DNA of 62,928 nt, filler included, from Reclinomonas americana ATCC 50394 (lineage: Eukaryota), in assembly GCA_048213135.1 (NCBI GenBank). It is 4 parts of 4 records of this genome, joined end to end, with 100 filler letters (N's around TTAATTAATTAA, not from the genome) between each part and the next. Parts side by side here need not be neighbours in the genome. Positions count along the whole stretch, not along the records: positions 1 to 30,273 come from PS015106.1; 3 more parts are not named here. One strand, 5' to 3'. Under the pieces are notes generated by a model. The model was not told the origin of the DNA, made no database searches, and saw nothing but the letters and a program-made list of their open reading frames with translations. A program made the position numbers and the translations under genes. This document shows, in pieces, positions 11,508 to 24,517 of the stretch (within the stretch, counting starts at the first letter, position 1; every line of letters begins with the position of its first letter).

Positions 11508-14500
11508 ATGACTGCGTCGGCGATTGGTGAGCAGCTGGCGACGCGCCTGGGACACGCTGGTGAGTGGATTGTGTGAGTTGGTGGTGTTGGTGCAGATGCA
11601 CATCAACGCGACCCAAACACGGGACACTCACACTCACTTGCAGATCGCATTGTGCGTGGTGAGGCGTTCAAGTCGTTGGGGCAATTGGTGCGTCGGCAGA
11701 CTGAGCTCTCTGATGGCGCGATCTTGGGCTTGTGGAAGAGCCTCTTTTATGGTGAGCCGTTCTCCTCTCGTCTCTCATCTTCGTGCCCTGCTCTCCTTGT
11801 TGACGAGCACGTTGTGCAGCACTGGCACGCGTGAAGAAGAACAAGGATGTGCAGCGGGAGATGGTGCAGCGCATAGCGAGAGTGATGTTGGTGCCGTCGA
11901 CGGGCATTCTGGTGATGCGCTTTGCCGAGTGCTTCCTGATCGCTCTGCAACGCGAGTGGGATCTGTCAAAGGGACTGCGCGCGCAGGAGTTCTACCTTTT
12001 GCTGATGACTGGACTGCGGAACATGCTTAACATGGTGGTCAATGTGGACCAGGAGCAGAAACGCATCATGGAAATCATCAGAGGTCGTGGTGGCAGTGAC
12101 GATGGTGATAAGCGAGAGGAAGTCAATGAGCCTGGGAATCTGGCGGCAGAGACGGTGGTCAACATTCTCTTCCAGCACGTGTTTACGCCATTGGCGCAGC
12201 CGCTGGTGAGCGATGTGGTCGACGAGGGCGAAGAGCATTTGTCTGTCGACGAGCTGGTGAAGCAGGCCACTGAAGCAAGTTGCGTGCGTTGTGAAGGGGA
12301 GAGGGAGGGCGTGTAGGCACACAACGACTGACGGAGAATGCAGAGGGCTCGCGTCTGGATCGCAAAACAAAGCGTGCGCTGATCGAGAAAGCCTCGATAG
12401 ACACACGCAAGCGCGTCACTCAGGTCAGTCGCCACTGGAATGAGAAAAATGCTGGTGACCCCCACGATGATTGTCGCTGACCGTCTTGGCTCGCAGTTGG
12501 GACGATCGCTGCGCGCCACTGCCAAGCTGCGCGTCGGCCTCGCCTTTGACGTCATGAAGGGTTTCGTGGTCATGCTGCTGGAGGCTGGAGGCGGGTTGCT
12601 GTGCAGCAATACGCTGCTGGTACTGCTGCGCCCATTCATCAACCTGATGGCCTATGGCACGAACCAGAAACTACTGGAGTTTGTTGTCCAGCACGTATTC
12701 CAACTCGCGATCACGATGGCCAATCCGAAGGAGAATTTATTCGACATCAATTTGCGAATGTTGTCGGCGGTCTTGCGCGAGTTTGAGCAGCGTCCGTTGC
12801 GTGAAGACTCTGTGTGTGCTGTTGCCGAGTTTCGCTGCATTTGTATCCTTATGGCGGTGTTGTGTCGGGGCAGCGACGTGATGCAGCGCAATCGCTTGAT
12901 CCTGGCGTCACTGCGGCGCCAGTGCTTCCGCGTGGCACAAGTCGATGAAGAGGAAGAAGATTGGGTGGGTTTGGTGTTGGAGCACTCCATGACATTGCGT
13001 GTGGTATTCATTGTTCTTGCAGATCTTGCCATCGGTACCAGACACACTCAAGTGTCTCCAACGCACGCGTGCGCGTCACGCTGTGGCCACGGGTGAGTGT
13101 GTTTGATATGGAGATTATTTGCATGGTTCTTCGGCAATTGGCTCACACAGTTGCGCACTGCCACACAGCCAACCTGGACGTCGACGACCTCACCCTGGCT
13201 GCCAAGGCTGTTAATGCGGTGCGACGTCGTCCTGGTGCGTAGATATCCATTACTTCACTTGGTTTCATCGCTCTGCTGACTGTGTTTGACGTCAGCCACC
13301 AAGAGGTCACGTGACACCGAGGAAGACGAGCCGGGGACGAAGAAGCGCAAGACCGCCAATGGAAAGTCGGTGGTCACTGGTGAGCCGCAGTACCTCAAAT
13401 GAGCCAGTCAATGTGCCTCTTATCCTCTGCTCATGCTTGATCAGCGACGAGCAAGGACCGACAGGATGAGGATCATCACAGCGGCGACGATGAAGAAGAA
13501 ATTAATGACGAAGACATTGACGACGTTGACTTGATCTTTAGCTACGATGCGGATCGTTCCGATGGAGTGGAACATCTCATGGAGCATCTGTGGACACCAT
13601 CGATCGAGGAGGTTTCTGCTGGTTAGTGGTGGTGGTGGTGGTGGCGTATGTGTGCTTATGATTACGCTATGCTAATCGTGACCTACGACTATCGGTGCGC
13701 AGCTGATTCCGCCTCATGTGAGTTGTTGTCGCCGCGTTTCCATGTGGTGCACACTGTGTGATTGACGCGGGTGATATGCTGCACAGCTTTGCACGCTCCG
13801 ATTGCAACCCAGGCAGCCAATGGCAGCACCAAGGCCAAGAAGCGAAAGTCAAAGAAGCAGAACACTGGTGCGTCGATCGGAGTTGCTGTCTCTCTGTGTG
13901 CTCTTCCTGTCTGACTCACTCGCGTGTCTGTCTGTGCTGTGCAGCGGCCACGGAGGACGTCTCGACGCCCCCAGCTGCTGAAGACGACGACGCAATGCCG
14001 ATGAAGGTTGACGGGGAGAAGGCAGCTAATGGACACGGTATGTGGGCTTCTCTGGTGGTGATTGGTGTTCCGTCCCCGCTCACCTCGTCGCAACTCGAAC
14101 AGTTGCTTCATCGTCCTCGCAGCAAGTCGGCGAAAGCAGTGGTTAGTCAGTGATGCTCGCTTGGTATGCGTGTTTTGCGACTGATGGTTATTGCGTTTGT
14201 GTGCGCAGCAGAGACTGAGAAGAAGAACAAGAAGAAGAAAAAGAAGAACAAGAACAAGGCCGCCAAGACCGACGAGTCGCCCGCATCTCCGGTGACACCC
14301 AGACGTGAGCCGCGCAGCCCGGGCTCGCCCAAGTCGGTGCGCTTCTCGCTCGAGGATAACAAGACTCGCTGTTGCGTGCATTGTCGTCACTTCGTGCCCG
14401 GCAACTGTTGTTCCTCATCGACCGTGCAGTCTTTAGCAAATTCGACAGCCCGAGTGCCGTGTCGGTGGGCGACGCCGAGATCAAGATCATGCGACCCAAG

Positions 14501-14557
14501 TACAAGAGGCGGTTCAAGGGTCCGCGCCTTATTCGCAACTGGGGCTTCATGCGCTAA
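11508..14557 (+). CDS. RRP1: Nucleolar rRNA-processing protein, Nop52/RRP1 family
   Basis: LATRLGHAD|RIVRGEAFKSL, LWKSLFY, LQREWDL..LRAQEFYLL; acidic and Lys-rich tail; C-terminal KSVRFSLEDN (RVxF-type motif). Confidence 0.7.
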
Positions 14558-14670
14558 TCCATAAAACTCAATTCACTTCTCTCCTAAGATAACAACAGTA
14601 CACTCGGTAATCATACATTAACAGGCGCGGGCTGTGGATTTACAGGCAGAGGCAAAGAATTAGGGGCGTG

Positions 14671-17600
14671 TTAGGGACTTGCAGCTGCGGCGGCGCGCTG
14701 CACGACAACAGTGAGACAAGAGAAGAAGACAGCGACGCAAGCGAATTGTGTGAACGTACCGGTGGTGACGGTGAACGCCAGCGCACGTGTCGACCAGTGT
14801 CGACCAGCGGTGCAGAGTGCCGTCGCTTCGCTGCATCGTCTTCGGGCGAGTCGAACAAGCGCGGCAGTGCCACATTTCGCACGTGCGTCGCTTCCATCTT
14901 GGTGCGCTGGATTGGTCGCGGATCCCAGTCGACATGCGCCATGAGGTTTCCTGTCTCGTTGCGCCAGATGCGCTCCTCTCGCTGGTGCTTACGCACGAGG
15001 CAGCGCATATCGGAGCGCGTCAATCGGACTTCGTTACTGAAGCCTGCTTTGCGTGTAAGAACAAGAGGAAACACACACTCACTCGGTCGACGCAACGCAC
15101 CATCACCAACCCACAACGGGGGTCTCTTTTCACCCTGCTCATTCAGGAAATCGCTGCGCCAGCGACGTTTCGGTGAGGAAAGGCGCGGAAACACTGGCGC
15201 CTCTGCCGTCTGCCGCTGCACGGCGGCTGGAAATGTGAACTGCTGGATCCGCTTCCGCTGCGTACTCCGCTTGGCGAACGAGATGACGGGCATCGTCGGT
15301 CCGCTGCCGAGTTCGCGCTCAACAGTGGCTAAGTTGGTGAAACAAGCAAAGAAAGAAAGGCAGCGAACCCGTAAGTGCGTTGGTGAGAATGCGTGACAGG
15401 GAAGGAGACGAGTCACGCAACAGAGCACATTCTCAAAGTCCTGGATCAGCTCCTGTCGGTTCATGCTGCGTCGCTTCTCCATCCGCTTCTGCCCGAGTGG
15501 ATCGTCCGGATCGAATTCATCGGCGTCGGCAAACGACGGCGAGCGACGCTGCTTGCCCGCTGGCTTCTTCTTGGTCGACTTGGCGTTCTTGGCCAGGTTG
15601 CGCTGGAGCTGGCTGCGGAGTTTGGCGCCCTCGACCATGGCCTTGAGCTCGGCCACTTCGGCCGCCGACGGCATACTACACTCGAGAATGTGACCGAATT
15701 CACCGAGGTCCTTGACGTCGCGAACTGCACTCGGACCGTCAGCGCCTTCCACAACGAAAGGGGTGCAATACTCGACAAACCTCGCAAAGCCGCTGGAACG
15801 TACTTTGCTTTGCGCATTGTGTTGGCCAAATCGTCGTCAGAGTCGCCATCCTCACCCTCTCCTTCTCCACCCACGCCATCTTCCTCCCCCTCTCCCCCCT
15901 CCTCCTCTTCCTCATACTCGTCGTCCTCGTAAGCGTCCTCGTCGTCGTCATCATCATACTCCTGGTCGTAATCATCCTCGTCATAGTCGCCGTCGTCGTG
16001 CTGGCGGTGAGCGTTGCCAGGATGAACGCTCAGCGACTGCGGAGCTCCCTGCTCCGGAACCAATTGCTCCAGCAGTGATGTTGGCATGCGTGAGTGGTGC
16101 GTGCGAGGCATCAGGCGATTCACCGGTGATCGAACACCTCCACTGCCCCCAACGCTGCCACCACCCATGACCGAGGCGAGGGCGCGGAAGCGAGTGCGCA
16201 CCTGCAGGTGTCTCCTCGTGCCTGTCATTGACCCTGGAATCAGTGACACGGTGGTGAATTCAGTGGGGCAACACAAAAAACAAACCAGCAGGGGCACCGT
16301 CGTCGGCATCGGTGAGGCGGTAGAGGCGGTTCGAGAGGCCCAACGGCCCCGAGCCACCAAACACGAAAAACTCGCGCGGTCCACTGCCGCGACAGAACGT
16401 GTGGTCCATCATGGGTGGCGGGTGGTGGTGCAGCACGGAGAGCGCCTTGGCGGCCTTCTCACGCGATACCGCAGTGCCGCGGCCCTCCAATGCACGCGCC
16501 GAATCGTGCACCTGATCGAGCGACGTTTGCGACAGGGTCCAATGCGCACTCGGCGGTCTCAGCAACGGCCGCCACTGCTTCCGCTCCGCCTCAATCATGC
16601 GCGAGAAGCGCAGTCGCACGCCCATGTCTGGATGCTCAAAGTGACTCTCAATCACGGTCCAGTGGCACTGTCCCGACGACAGGTCTGCGCGAGGGTGAGC
16701 TCTTTCACAAACATGCACTTGTGGGTAGTCACACGCACCGACATCACAGCGCCACAGATCGTTCCGCGCACCCGCTGCGTCGGACCAGCCGCCAAAGAGG
16801 AGGAAGCAATCGCGATCCAGCGCCACCAGCTTGGCCTTTTCACGACCGAGCGGCCAGCTGGTGACGCGATGCGACGGGTCAGCGAGTGCCGACAGTTGTT
16901 TCCACGTTTGCGACTCTGCGATCCGTTCGAGTTAAGGTTGAGAAGAGGAAGCGACGTGGGGAGCAGTGTCCTCGCAACTGCAGTCAAAGCACCACAGATC
17001 ATCCAGCAGCACACCACTCAGACTGCGACCACCGAATACGAGAAACGAGTCACTGCCGAATGCACACGAGCAGTGATACACTCGACCGCACGGCCACGCA
17101 CTGCCGTCGGTAACCAAGTCAGCATCGTGAGCGGCTGGTCCCGTGCGCACAGAGAGAAGGAACGCAACGATAATTGCTCAGGTGTGGGCTCCAGACTGAC
17201 AGTCGAGACCTCACCCAGAGGGGAGCGTTGCCGCAAGTCCGCCTGCACATCGAATCACCACGACGTGAGCGCACTTGATATGCGAGAGTGACAGGAAGGG
17301 GAGACTAGAGAGACGCACAATCCACACATTGTTGGGAAAGGTGGTGACCGCGGCGTGCACGCTGTTGCCGCCAAACACCACCAGCTGGTTGTCGACAATC
17401 TCACAGCACACTCCCATTCGCGCACTCATCGACAAGCTGTGCACGATCGATCCACACGTCAGTCATCACACTGGAGACGTCGAAGCGAATGCACACGCAA
17501 CCCAGTGCATCGCAGTCGCGTCCACGCCCGCCCCGCCGGCATGAACGAGTACACCGTGTGCAAACATACTTCCTCAGTGTCGGCATCCGCGTCCGATTCC

Positions 17601-18257
17601 ACACCGCGGTCTTGAGAGAAGAAGACAAAGCATCGAAGTGAGGCACACGAAGGAAGAAGGAGGAGGAGGAGAAGAAGAAGAAGAAGAAGAAGAAGAAGAA
17701 GAAGAAGAAGAAGAAGAAGAAGCAAGAAGAAGAAGAACAAGAACAAGAAGAACAAGGAGAACAAGAAGAAGAACAAGAACAGGAAAAAAGAAGAACAAGA
17801 ACAGAAGGAGGAGAAGGACGAGGACGAGGAGGAGAAGAAGAAGAAGAAGATCCACGACAACGACAAAAAAGCAAGTCCCCTACTGCGCACCAGCCAATCC
17901 GCCGACCACATAGAAGCTGCGATCATCACTGCACATGCCATGATGCGAGCACGGCGGCGGCCGCTCACCCACCGCACTCAACGGCATCCACTCCAACGTC
18001 CCTACCCGCACACACAACCATCAGCAACCCCACACGAACCTCAACACATACAATGCATGCACAGGCGGGTAACTCGGCACAAACTCCAGAATCTGATTCG
18101 TGAGCCTCCGCTCCGCCACAGCATACCCACCAAACACAAACAGTGATCCAGACACCAGCGCGCATCCATGACCTAAATGCACGGATAAAGCGTCACCTAA
18201 AGCGTTGATATCTCACTCACACTCACTCACTTACACACACACACACACTCACTCACT

Positions 18258-18289
<32 letters not shown>

Positions 18290-18422
18290 CACATACACAC
18301 AGTCTCCGTCCGATTTCTCCTTGCCCTTCCCTCTCTCTCTCTCACACACACAGACGCACACCTGTGAGCGCTGGTGGCACCACTGCATCACCAGCAGAAC
18401 CCTCCACTCTGCACCACGGCAT
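14671..18422 (-). CDS. Kelch-repeat protein with acidic tract and disordered C-terminus, multi-exon
   Basis: Spliced start MPWCRVEGSAGDAVVPPALTG|HGCALVSGSLFVFGG; further blades SFYVVGG, LVVFGG, FLVFGG..DDLWCFD, FLLFGG..NDLW, FFVFGG. Confidence 0.75.
17669..17850. repeat. (GAA)n and degenerate trinucleotide microsatellite inside a Kelch intron
   Basis: Direct GAA run followed by GAA/CAA/GGA variants. Confidence 0.9.
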
Positions 18423-18577
18423 TATTTGCAGTAAGCACGTAAACCGCAGCTCTCATCCATTCGTTGATCGCGCGATCCGCACACACGCTCAATCTCCCGT
18501 CACGGTGCGCACAGCTCACACACACGCGTCTTCCTCTCACTGTCACTCACCTCTCTCTCTGTGTGTGTCTGTGGCAG

Positions 18578-18719
18578 ATGGCTGGTGCTCGTTCTCGCAA
18601 GACGCCGACCGCCACTGCGTCTGTGTTTGTGCAGCGATTCCTGCAGCTGGGCGCCTACTTTGTGCTGTGCTGGGGCGCGGCCATTGTCGTCGCCGACTGC
18701 TCAATGATGGGTCGCGATG
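18578..18719 (+). CDS. Probable first exon (signal peptide) of the NPC1-N-domain gene
   Basis: MAGARSRK...LGAYFVLCWGAAIVVADCSMMGRD followed by donor GTGAGC; phase 1 is compatible with the exon at 20763. Confidence 0.45.
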
Positions 18720-19904
18720 GTGAGCACAAAAGAAAGAAGACAAAAAGAGTGTGTGTTTTTGCGGCAATGTCGCGCACTATGACTCCTGCACTTCTCACGT
18801 GCAATTCACTCTGCGCTCGTGCTAACACACTGCTGTGTGTCTGTCTGTGTGTGTGTCTGTTGATTGATTTGGGTGTGCAGGATGGGATGCGACGCCGACT
18901 GTTTACAATGTTGCGTCTCTCATTCATTTCTTCAGTGTGTGTGTGAGAAGCACACGAAGTTCCTGTTTCGTTTGTGAAAAGTTCTCACCTTGCGCTGTTT
19001 GTGTGGCGTGCACAGGGACCTGCCATTCTTGTTGCGTCTTGCACTCCGCGCGTGTGACACTCGACACATGCACACACAACACGCGCGCACAAAAGAAGAG
19101 AGTGGAAAAAAACGCGACGGTCATTGCTCACAAACATGTCGCGCCTGCTCTCNNNNNNNNNNNNNNNNNNNNNNNNNNNNNNNNNNNNNNNNNNNNNNNN
19201 NNNNNNNNNNNNNNNNNNNNNNNNNNNNNNNNNNNNNNNNNNNNNNNNNNNNNNNNNNNNNNNNNNNNNNNNNNNNNNNNNNNNNNNNNNNNNNNNNNNN
19301 NNNNNNNNNNNNNNNNNNNNNNNNNNNNNNNNNNNNNNNNNNNNNNNNNNNNNNNNNNNNNNNNNNNNNNNNNNNNNNNNNNNNNNNNNNNNNNNNNNNN
19401 NNNNNNNNNNNNNNNNNNNNNNNNNNNNNNNNNNNNNNNNNNNNNNNNNNNNNNNNNNNNNNNNNNNNNNNNNNNNNNNNNNNNNNNNNNNNNNNNNNNN
19501 NNNNNNNNNNNNNNNNNNNNNNNNNNNNNNNNNNNNNNNNNNNNNNNNNNNNNNNNNNNNNNNNNNNNNNNNNNNNNNNNNNNNNNNNNNNNNNNNNNNN
19601 NNNNNNNNNNNNNNNNNNNNNNNNNNNNNNNNNNNNNNNNNNNNNNNNNNNNNNNNNNNNNNNNNNNNNNNNNNNNNNNNNNNNNNNNNNNNNNNNNNNN
19701 NNNNNNNNNNNNNNNNNNNNNNNNNNNNNNNNNNNNNNNNNNNNNNNNNNNNNNNNNNNNNNNNNNNNNNNNNNNNNNNNNNNNNNNNNNNNNNNNNNNN
19801 NNNNNNNNNNNNNNNNNNNNNNNNNNNNNNNNNNNNNNNNNNNNNNNNNNNNNNNNNNNNNNNNNNNNNNNNNNNNNNNNNNNNNCGGCATGAGAGAACG
19901 CAAC

Positions 19905-20763
19905 GAGGAAACCCAGGCCAAGACCAAACTGCAAGTAGGTAAGATTGAGGGCGCCTATCCGCAGCTTCGGTCCGTCATCCTGCTGATTGTTGTTGGGCCC
20001 GACGTGGCAGGCGTCGGAACAAAAGTTGCACGAGCACGACGAATTGCACGGCGCCATCGGCAAATCGAGTCCATTCGGCGACATCTTCACCACCAGACCG
20101 TCCTTTTGCGACGACAGCAGCTGCAAGAAAGCATCGGGCGTCTTCACAAAGGTGCCCAGCTTGGCGCCACCAGCAAATGGATTGTCGCCTGAAGCAACAG
20201 TGAGACCGCGAGCGAGTAGTAGGGAGTGTGGCGTGGGGGCGAGAAACGAAACGGCACGAATTGTAAAAGTCATTGGCGAACTTCTCCGTGAGGAAGAACG
20301 TGTTGTCGTGCACCACCTGCACCGGCTTGTTGTCGATCTTGCCCGTCTCATTGTACCACGAGTAGACCTTGACAAAGTCGCCTGCGCACAACATAACAGT
20401 GAGATGTAGAAGAGGAGGAGGAGGAGGAGTAGAAGCCGGAGGAAGGGAGAGAGAAAGAGACAGGGCGAAGAGAGACACAGAACACAACAAAGAGTGCAAG
20501 GAGGAGAAGGAATCAGAAGAGAGAGAGGGGGAGGGAGGGAGGGAGTGAGAAAGAGAGAGAGAGGACGAGGTTTTCATCGCTCTTGGCAATACCAATCCAA
20601 ATGACGCAACGTTGATTGGGGGCGCATGTGTACGCACACCACATCTTCTTCATGTTATCCAAGCAGGCGGGGCAGCGGAAGAAGGTGGTAATGGCCTGCT
20701 TGAAACTATCTTTGAAGACTTGCGTCTGCGAGTGCGAGCAGCATGCCGGTTTGCCAGCGTAAT
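19905..20763 (-). CDS. Niemann-Pick C1 N-terminal (sterol-binding) domain protein, 3 internal exons
   Basis: DYAGKPACCS..RCPACLDNMKKMWCAYTCAPNQ|RDFV..FANDFYNSC|RD..CNSSCSCNFCSDAC matches the NPC1-NTD cysteine pattern. Confidence 0.8.
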
Positions 20764-21192
20764 CTGCAGAGAGAGATGAGATTCGATCATCAGGGCTCCT
20801 CTCTCTTTCTCGCGCTCGCACACACACGCACTCACCCATGCAATCCACAAGATCAGGATCAGGCTGTGCGTGAGAGAGAGAAGGGGAGGANNNNNNNNNN
20901 NNNNNNNNNNGTCTTAATTTTGTCGGAAGACTACATACGCATCAAGCGAGCGCGGGGCACCACACAAAAAACAGAGAAAAAGCACAACAATCATGTTAAA
21001 CAAAATGCTACGGTGGATCAGCTGACAACCGTCATACAGCGAGCACCGCTGGAATAGGGAGAGGAAAGAAGAAGAAGAAGAAGAGAGGTGTCACCCCGCC
21101 GGTAAAACATAACTGCGCATTTCCGCGCGCAGACAAGCAAGTTGGGAAGAGAGAGAGAGAAGCGAAGAGAAAGAGAGAACAACGTAAGAGGA

Positions 21193-21360
21193 TTATGGTG
21201 TAAAGGTGCCAGCGGGGTCTCTTGCGCCTTGAATCGACTGATACCGACCCATCATTGCAGCGTCCGAGACCACGATAGGATCCGAGTGCGCATGCGCGCG
21301 CCGCCGGCGGTGCCTAATGGCAATAAACACAGACACACCGATTGCCACCACCGAAAACAC
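21193..21360 (-). CDS. Terminal exon (TM helix plus short tail) of the NPC1-N-domain gene
   Basis: cag|VFSVVAIGVSVFIAIRHRRRR...GTFTP*; joins in phase 0 to LQFGLGLGFL at 19905. Confidence 0.6.
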   Translation of the reverse strand: MFSVVAIGVSVFIAIRHRRRRAHAHSDPIVVSDAAMMGRYQSIQGARDPAGTFTP

Positions 21361-21484
21361 CTGCGTCCCATGGCTGTGTGAGCGGGCGGGCGAGAGAGAG
21401 AGAGAGAGNNNNNNNNNNNNNNNNNNNNTCTCTTGCCCACTGTGCCGCCGTGGTGCTGTGTTTGCTTACCGTGTTGCTGCGTAG

Positions 21485-22695
21485 CTCTGGCGTGGCGGAT
21501 GTGTCGCGATCGGTGACCTCGGTGCACGAGAGCATGCAGCGCGAGGTGCAGGCGAAGCATGCCGCGGCGACGCAGGCGATGCAGGAGCTACAGAAGCAGC
21601 TGGTGGAGCTCAAGTCGGCGGCGGAGGTGGAGCGCGGTGCGCGATCGGCGGCCGACAATGATCTGGAGCGGTCGGTCGGCGCGCTCTACTGTGTGTTTGA
21701 TGTGCCACGTGGGCGCGCACTGAAGGTGCTGGCCGAGGAGCCGCACTCGGTGCCGGCCAAGCTCGACATTCTCAACTCCACCGCCCTCGTCGCCGACATT
21801 CGCTCGCTGCTCGATCGCAAGGCCGAGTTCACCTCGGTCAAGTCGTTCGAGTCGCGAGTGGACGGCATCTCGGCGTCGATGATTGGCCTGCAGAACTCGG
21901 TGAGCACGCTGGAGAGGACGGCGCAGTCGGAGCACACGACCGTGTTTGCCAAGTTGGCAAGCACGTTGCAGGCGGTGGAGGAGGTGCGGGCGGCGGCGGC
22001 GGTGCGTACGGAGGTGGATGAGGTGTTGGAACGACATGCGGCGATGCTGGCCACCAAGGCCGAAGCTGCCGAGCTCGGCAAGTTTGCGGTGCGTGAGGAA
22101 ATCGAGGAGACCATGGTGGCCATGGCCAGCGAGACCAAGAAGCTGGCAGAGGAGGCGGTGGACGACGTGCAAAAGGCGCGGCAGGAGAGTGCACAGTGGG
22201 CGGAGGAGCTCAACATGCAGCTGAAGCGACACTCCGGCGCCATTGACCATCTCGACAGGACCAAGGCCGACCGGCAGGAACTGATTGACAGAACTGAGGC
22301 CATTTTCCAACAAGTGGAGAACACAGCGGCGGCGCAAACCAAGTGCATCTCATGTAACGCCAAGTCGGGCGGCATTGTGGACACTGCTTTGTTGCGTGCA
22401 CTCTATATTCTATTCTCTTTTCACTCTGATATTGTCACGCTCTGACACCCGCAGCAGAGAGACACCACGATCGGGATTCGGTTCAATGCCGCCTGCCGCC
22501 CTCATGCCGACATTTGCACCCGGAGGCGTGAGCCGCCGCTCACTGGATGCCACACAACGACTCGACGCCTACTACCGATGGATTGAACACGGCGGCAGCC
22601 CTGTATTAGACGAGGCTGGCGGTGGCTTGGCACCCGCGCCGCCGTCGGGACCTCGCAGTCCCCCGTCGGGCGTGCGACCGCACCCTCGCAGGTGA
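21485..22695 (+). CDS. 3' part of a long coiled-coil protein with KADR and CISC motifs (weak resemblance to DUF4795/QRICH2 C-terminus)
   Basis: Long open coiled-coil exon ending LDRTKADRQEL..TKCISCNAK, then a Pro-rich last exon. Confidence 0.6.
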
Positions 22696-23215
22696 AGCAC
22701 ACCTGTCCTTGTTTAAGAAAGACTCTTTCGTGTACAAAACAACATAAAGCGCCTTCAGCGGATTGTGTTACGCCCGGTTGCTGTAATTATGTGATTTACG
22801 CTGGATCACCGTCGCCACCGCATCGCCTTCAGGTCCCCAGACCATGTTCCCTCGCTGCATGCTGGACGCTGTGCTGTACAAGTGCAACATGGACGACCGT
22901 GCCACCGCGGATGTCGCCTTGCGCAACCTCAGCGCCCAGCTGAAGGAAATTTTCCGCGATCCAGAGGCGTTCCTGGGCAAAGTGGAAGGGTGAAGGGTGC
23001 TTGAACTCCCGTTGAACTGTTTGCAGCGAGTAGCAAGAATACAAAGCAGACATTGTGTGCCCAACAGACTTACATCAAAGGCCAACCACACATGCGTGAA
23101 GTTATTACCAGGCGCATCACTCACCTCCATGCACACGTAACTCGCCCCACTTCAGCTACACCCTCTCACCACACTGACAAATTCACGGATTCGAANNNNN
23201 NNNNNNNNNNNNNNN

Positions 23216-23774
23216 CATGGCAAGCTTCCAGGCGACGCTGCGCAGTCAATTTGAGGCGTACAATGAGCAAGAGCGCGTTCGTGAGCAACAGGTGACCGAT
23301 CTGACCCGCGAGATCAGTCGTCTCAGCTCGATGCTGCTGGAGACGCAGGTGCGCGCCGACTCGGAGTCGCAGCGCGTGTCCTCGTTGACAGATCGCGTGG
23401 CACTGGTGGAGGAGTGGCAACGTGCGCAGGACGTGGTGTCACGCAGTCAGTTTAGCGATGCGCTGCGTGTGGTGCGCGATGAGGTCGCCAAGCGCGCCAA
23501 ATCGCTGGCCGACGATATGTCGGGCGTGGAGGCGCGCTGTCGCACGTATGTGTCGGAGCAGGCAGGCAACGTGGCGTTTGATCTGCAGGCGCTGGCGGAG
23601 AGGGTGACGGCCGATGAGGAGGTGGCGGCGAAGCGAGAGGAGCAGCAAAAGACGGCGCTGGCAGAGTTCAGGACGGAGACCAATGCGGCTGTGTCGTCGT
23701 TGCGCTCCGACACGACGCATGCGCTGAGTGAGATGAAGGAGGAGCAGAAGCGCAGCACGATTCTGCAGAGGCGA
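23216..23774 (+). CDS. Middle part of the same coiled-coil gene, on an apparently inverted contig
   Basis: MASFQATLRSQFEAYNEQ...EEQKRSTILQRR, bounded by N gaps on both sides. Confidence 0.65.
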
Positions 23775-23797
23775 GTCNNNNNNNNNNNNNNNNNNNN

Positions 23798-23944
23798 AAC
23801 GCCTCCTGTGTGCGTCGGAAGATCAGACAAAATTTTGTTCTTCTCACTGTGTCTCTCACTGAGTCTCACTCTCACACACACTCGCACCAGTGGCGCCACG
23901 CTGATCAGGTTGGCAGCCGAGGGGAACTCGGGGACGACAAGCAT
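23798..23944 (-). CDS. First exon and start of second exon of the same coiled-coil gene
   Basis: MLVVPEFPSAANLISVAPL|gtgcga...cacag|GAG GCG TT, completed by C ATG GCA at 23216. Confidence 0.55.
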
Positions 23945-24517
23945 GGTCGGCTGGTCGTTTGTGTGACTGAGTGATAGGGAGAGCCGCACTGCTCGCGCCG
24001 GACAATCGACCACTGTCCCACTCCATCACTCAACACGCACACTCACACGCGCGCTCTCACTGTGTCTGCCTGTGTGCTTCTCTCGTGTCGTGTCTCTCTC
24101 TCGCGCACAGACGGGTTGGGAGAGGCGGGTGCGCGCGCGCGGGTGTTATTTTCTCTCTATCTTTCTTTCTTCTCTCTCTCTCTTGTTCTCTTGTGTGTGT
24201 TGTGAATGGGTGAGCGGGAGTCACCGTCGTATGTGTCGTCCATTGCTCTGGTCGATCCAGCCGAGATCCCGCGGCCGACTTCGGCACCTGGAGGTGAGTG
24301 CCTGGAACTGAACATGACGCGCTCACTCTCTCTCTCTCCTCCCACTCTCACTCTCTCTCTCTCTCTCACTCTTACACATACACACTTTTGCGTTGTGCTT
24401 GTGGTGGTTGACTGACTCAAACGCGCGCGCGCGTGTTCATTTCTCACTCTCTGTGTGTGTGTGTGCACATGTCGCACAGACCTGCCACTGAGCTTTGCCA
24501 TTCATTCACCACCGTCG

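Noticed and set aside
11820-11834. HWHA* frame resembling the RRP1 WHAD motif, hinting at stop recoding or frameshift
   Set aside because: The phase-1 splice gives a continuous frame (ALARVKKNKDVQ), and TGA, TAA and TAG all act as normal stops elsewhere.
12843-12851. GTATCCTT, a U12-like donor
   Set aside because: Lies inside an intron already explained by the donor at 12796 and has no matching branch site.
16086-17291. Long plus-strand ORF (401 aa) and similar antisense ORFs
   Set aside because: Shadows of GC-rich coding exons on the opposite strand; no motifs.
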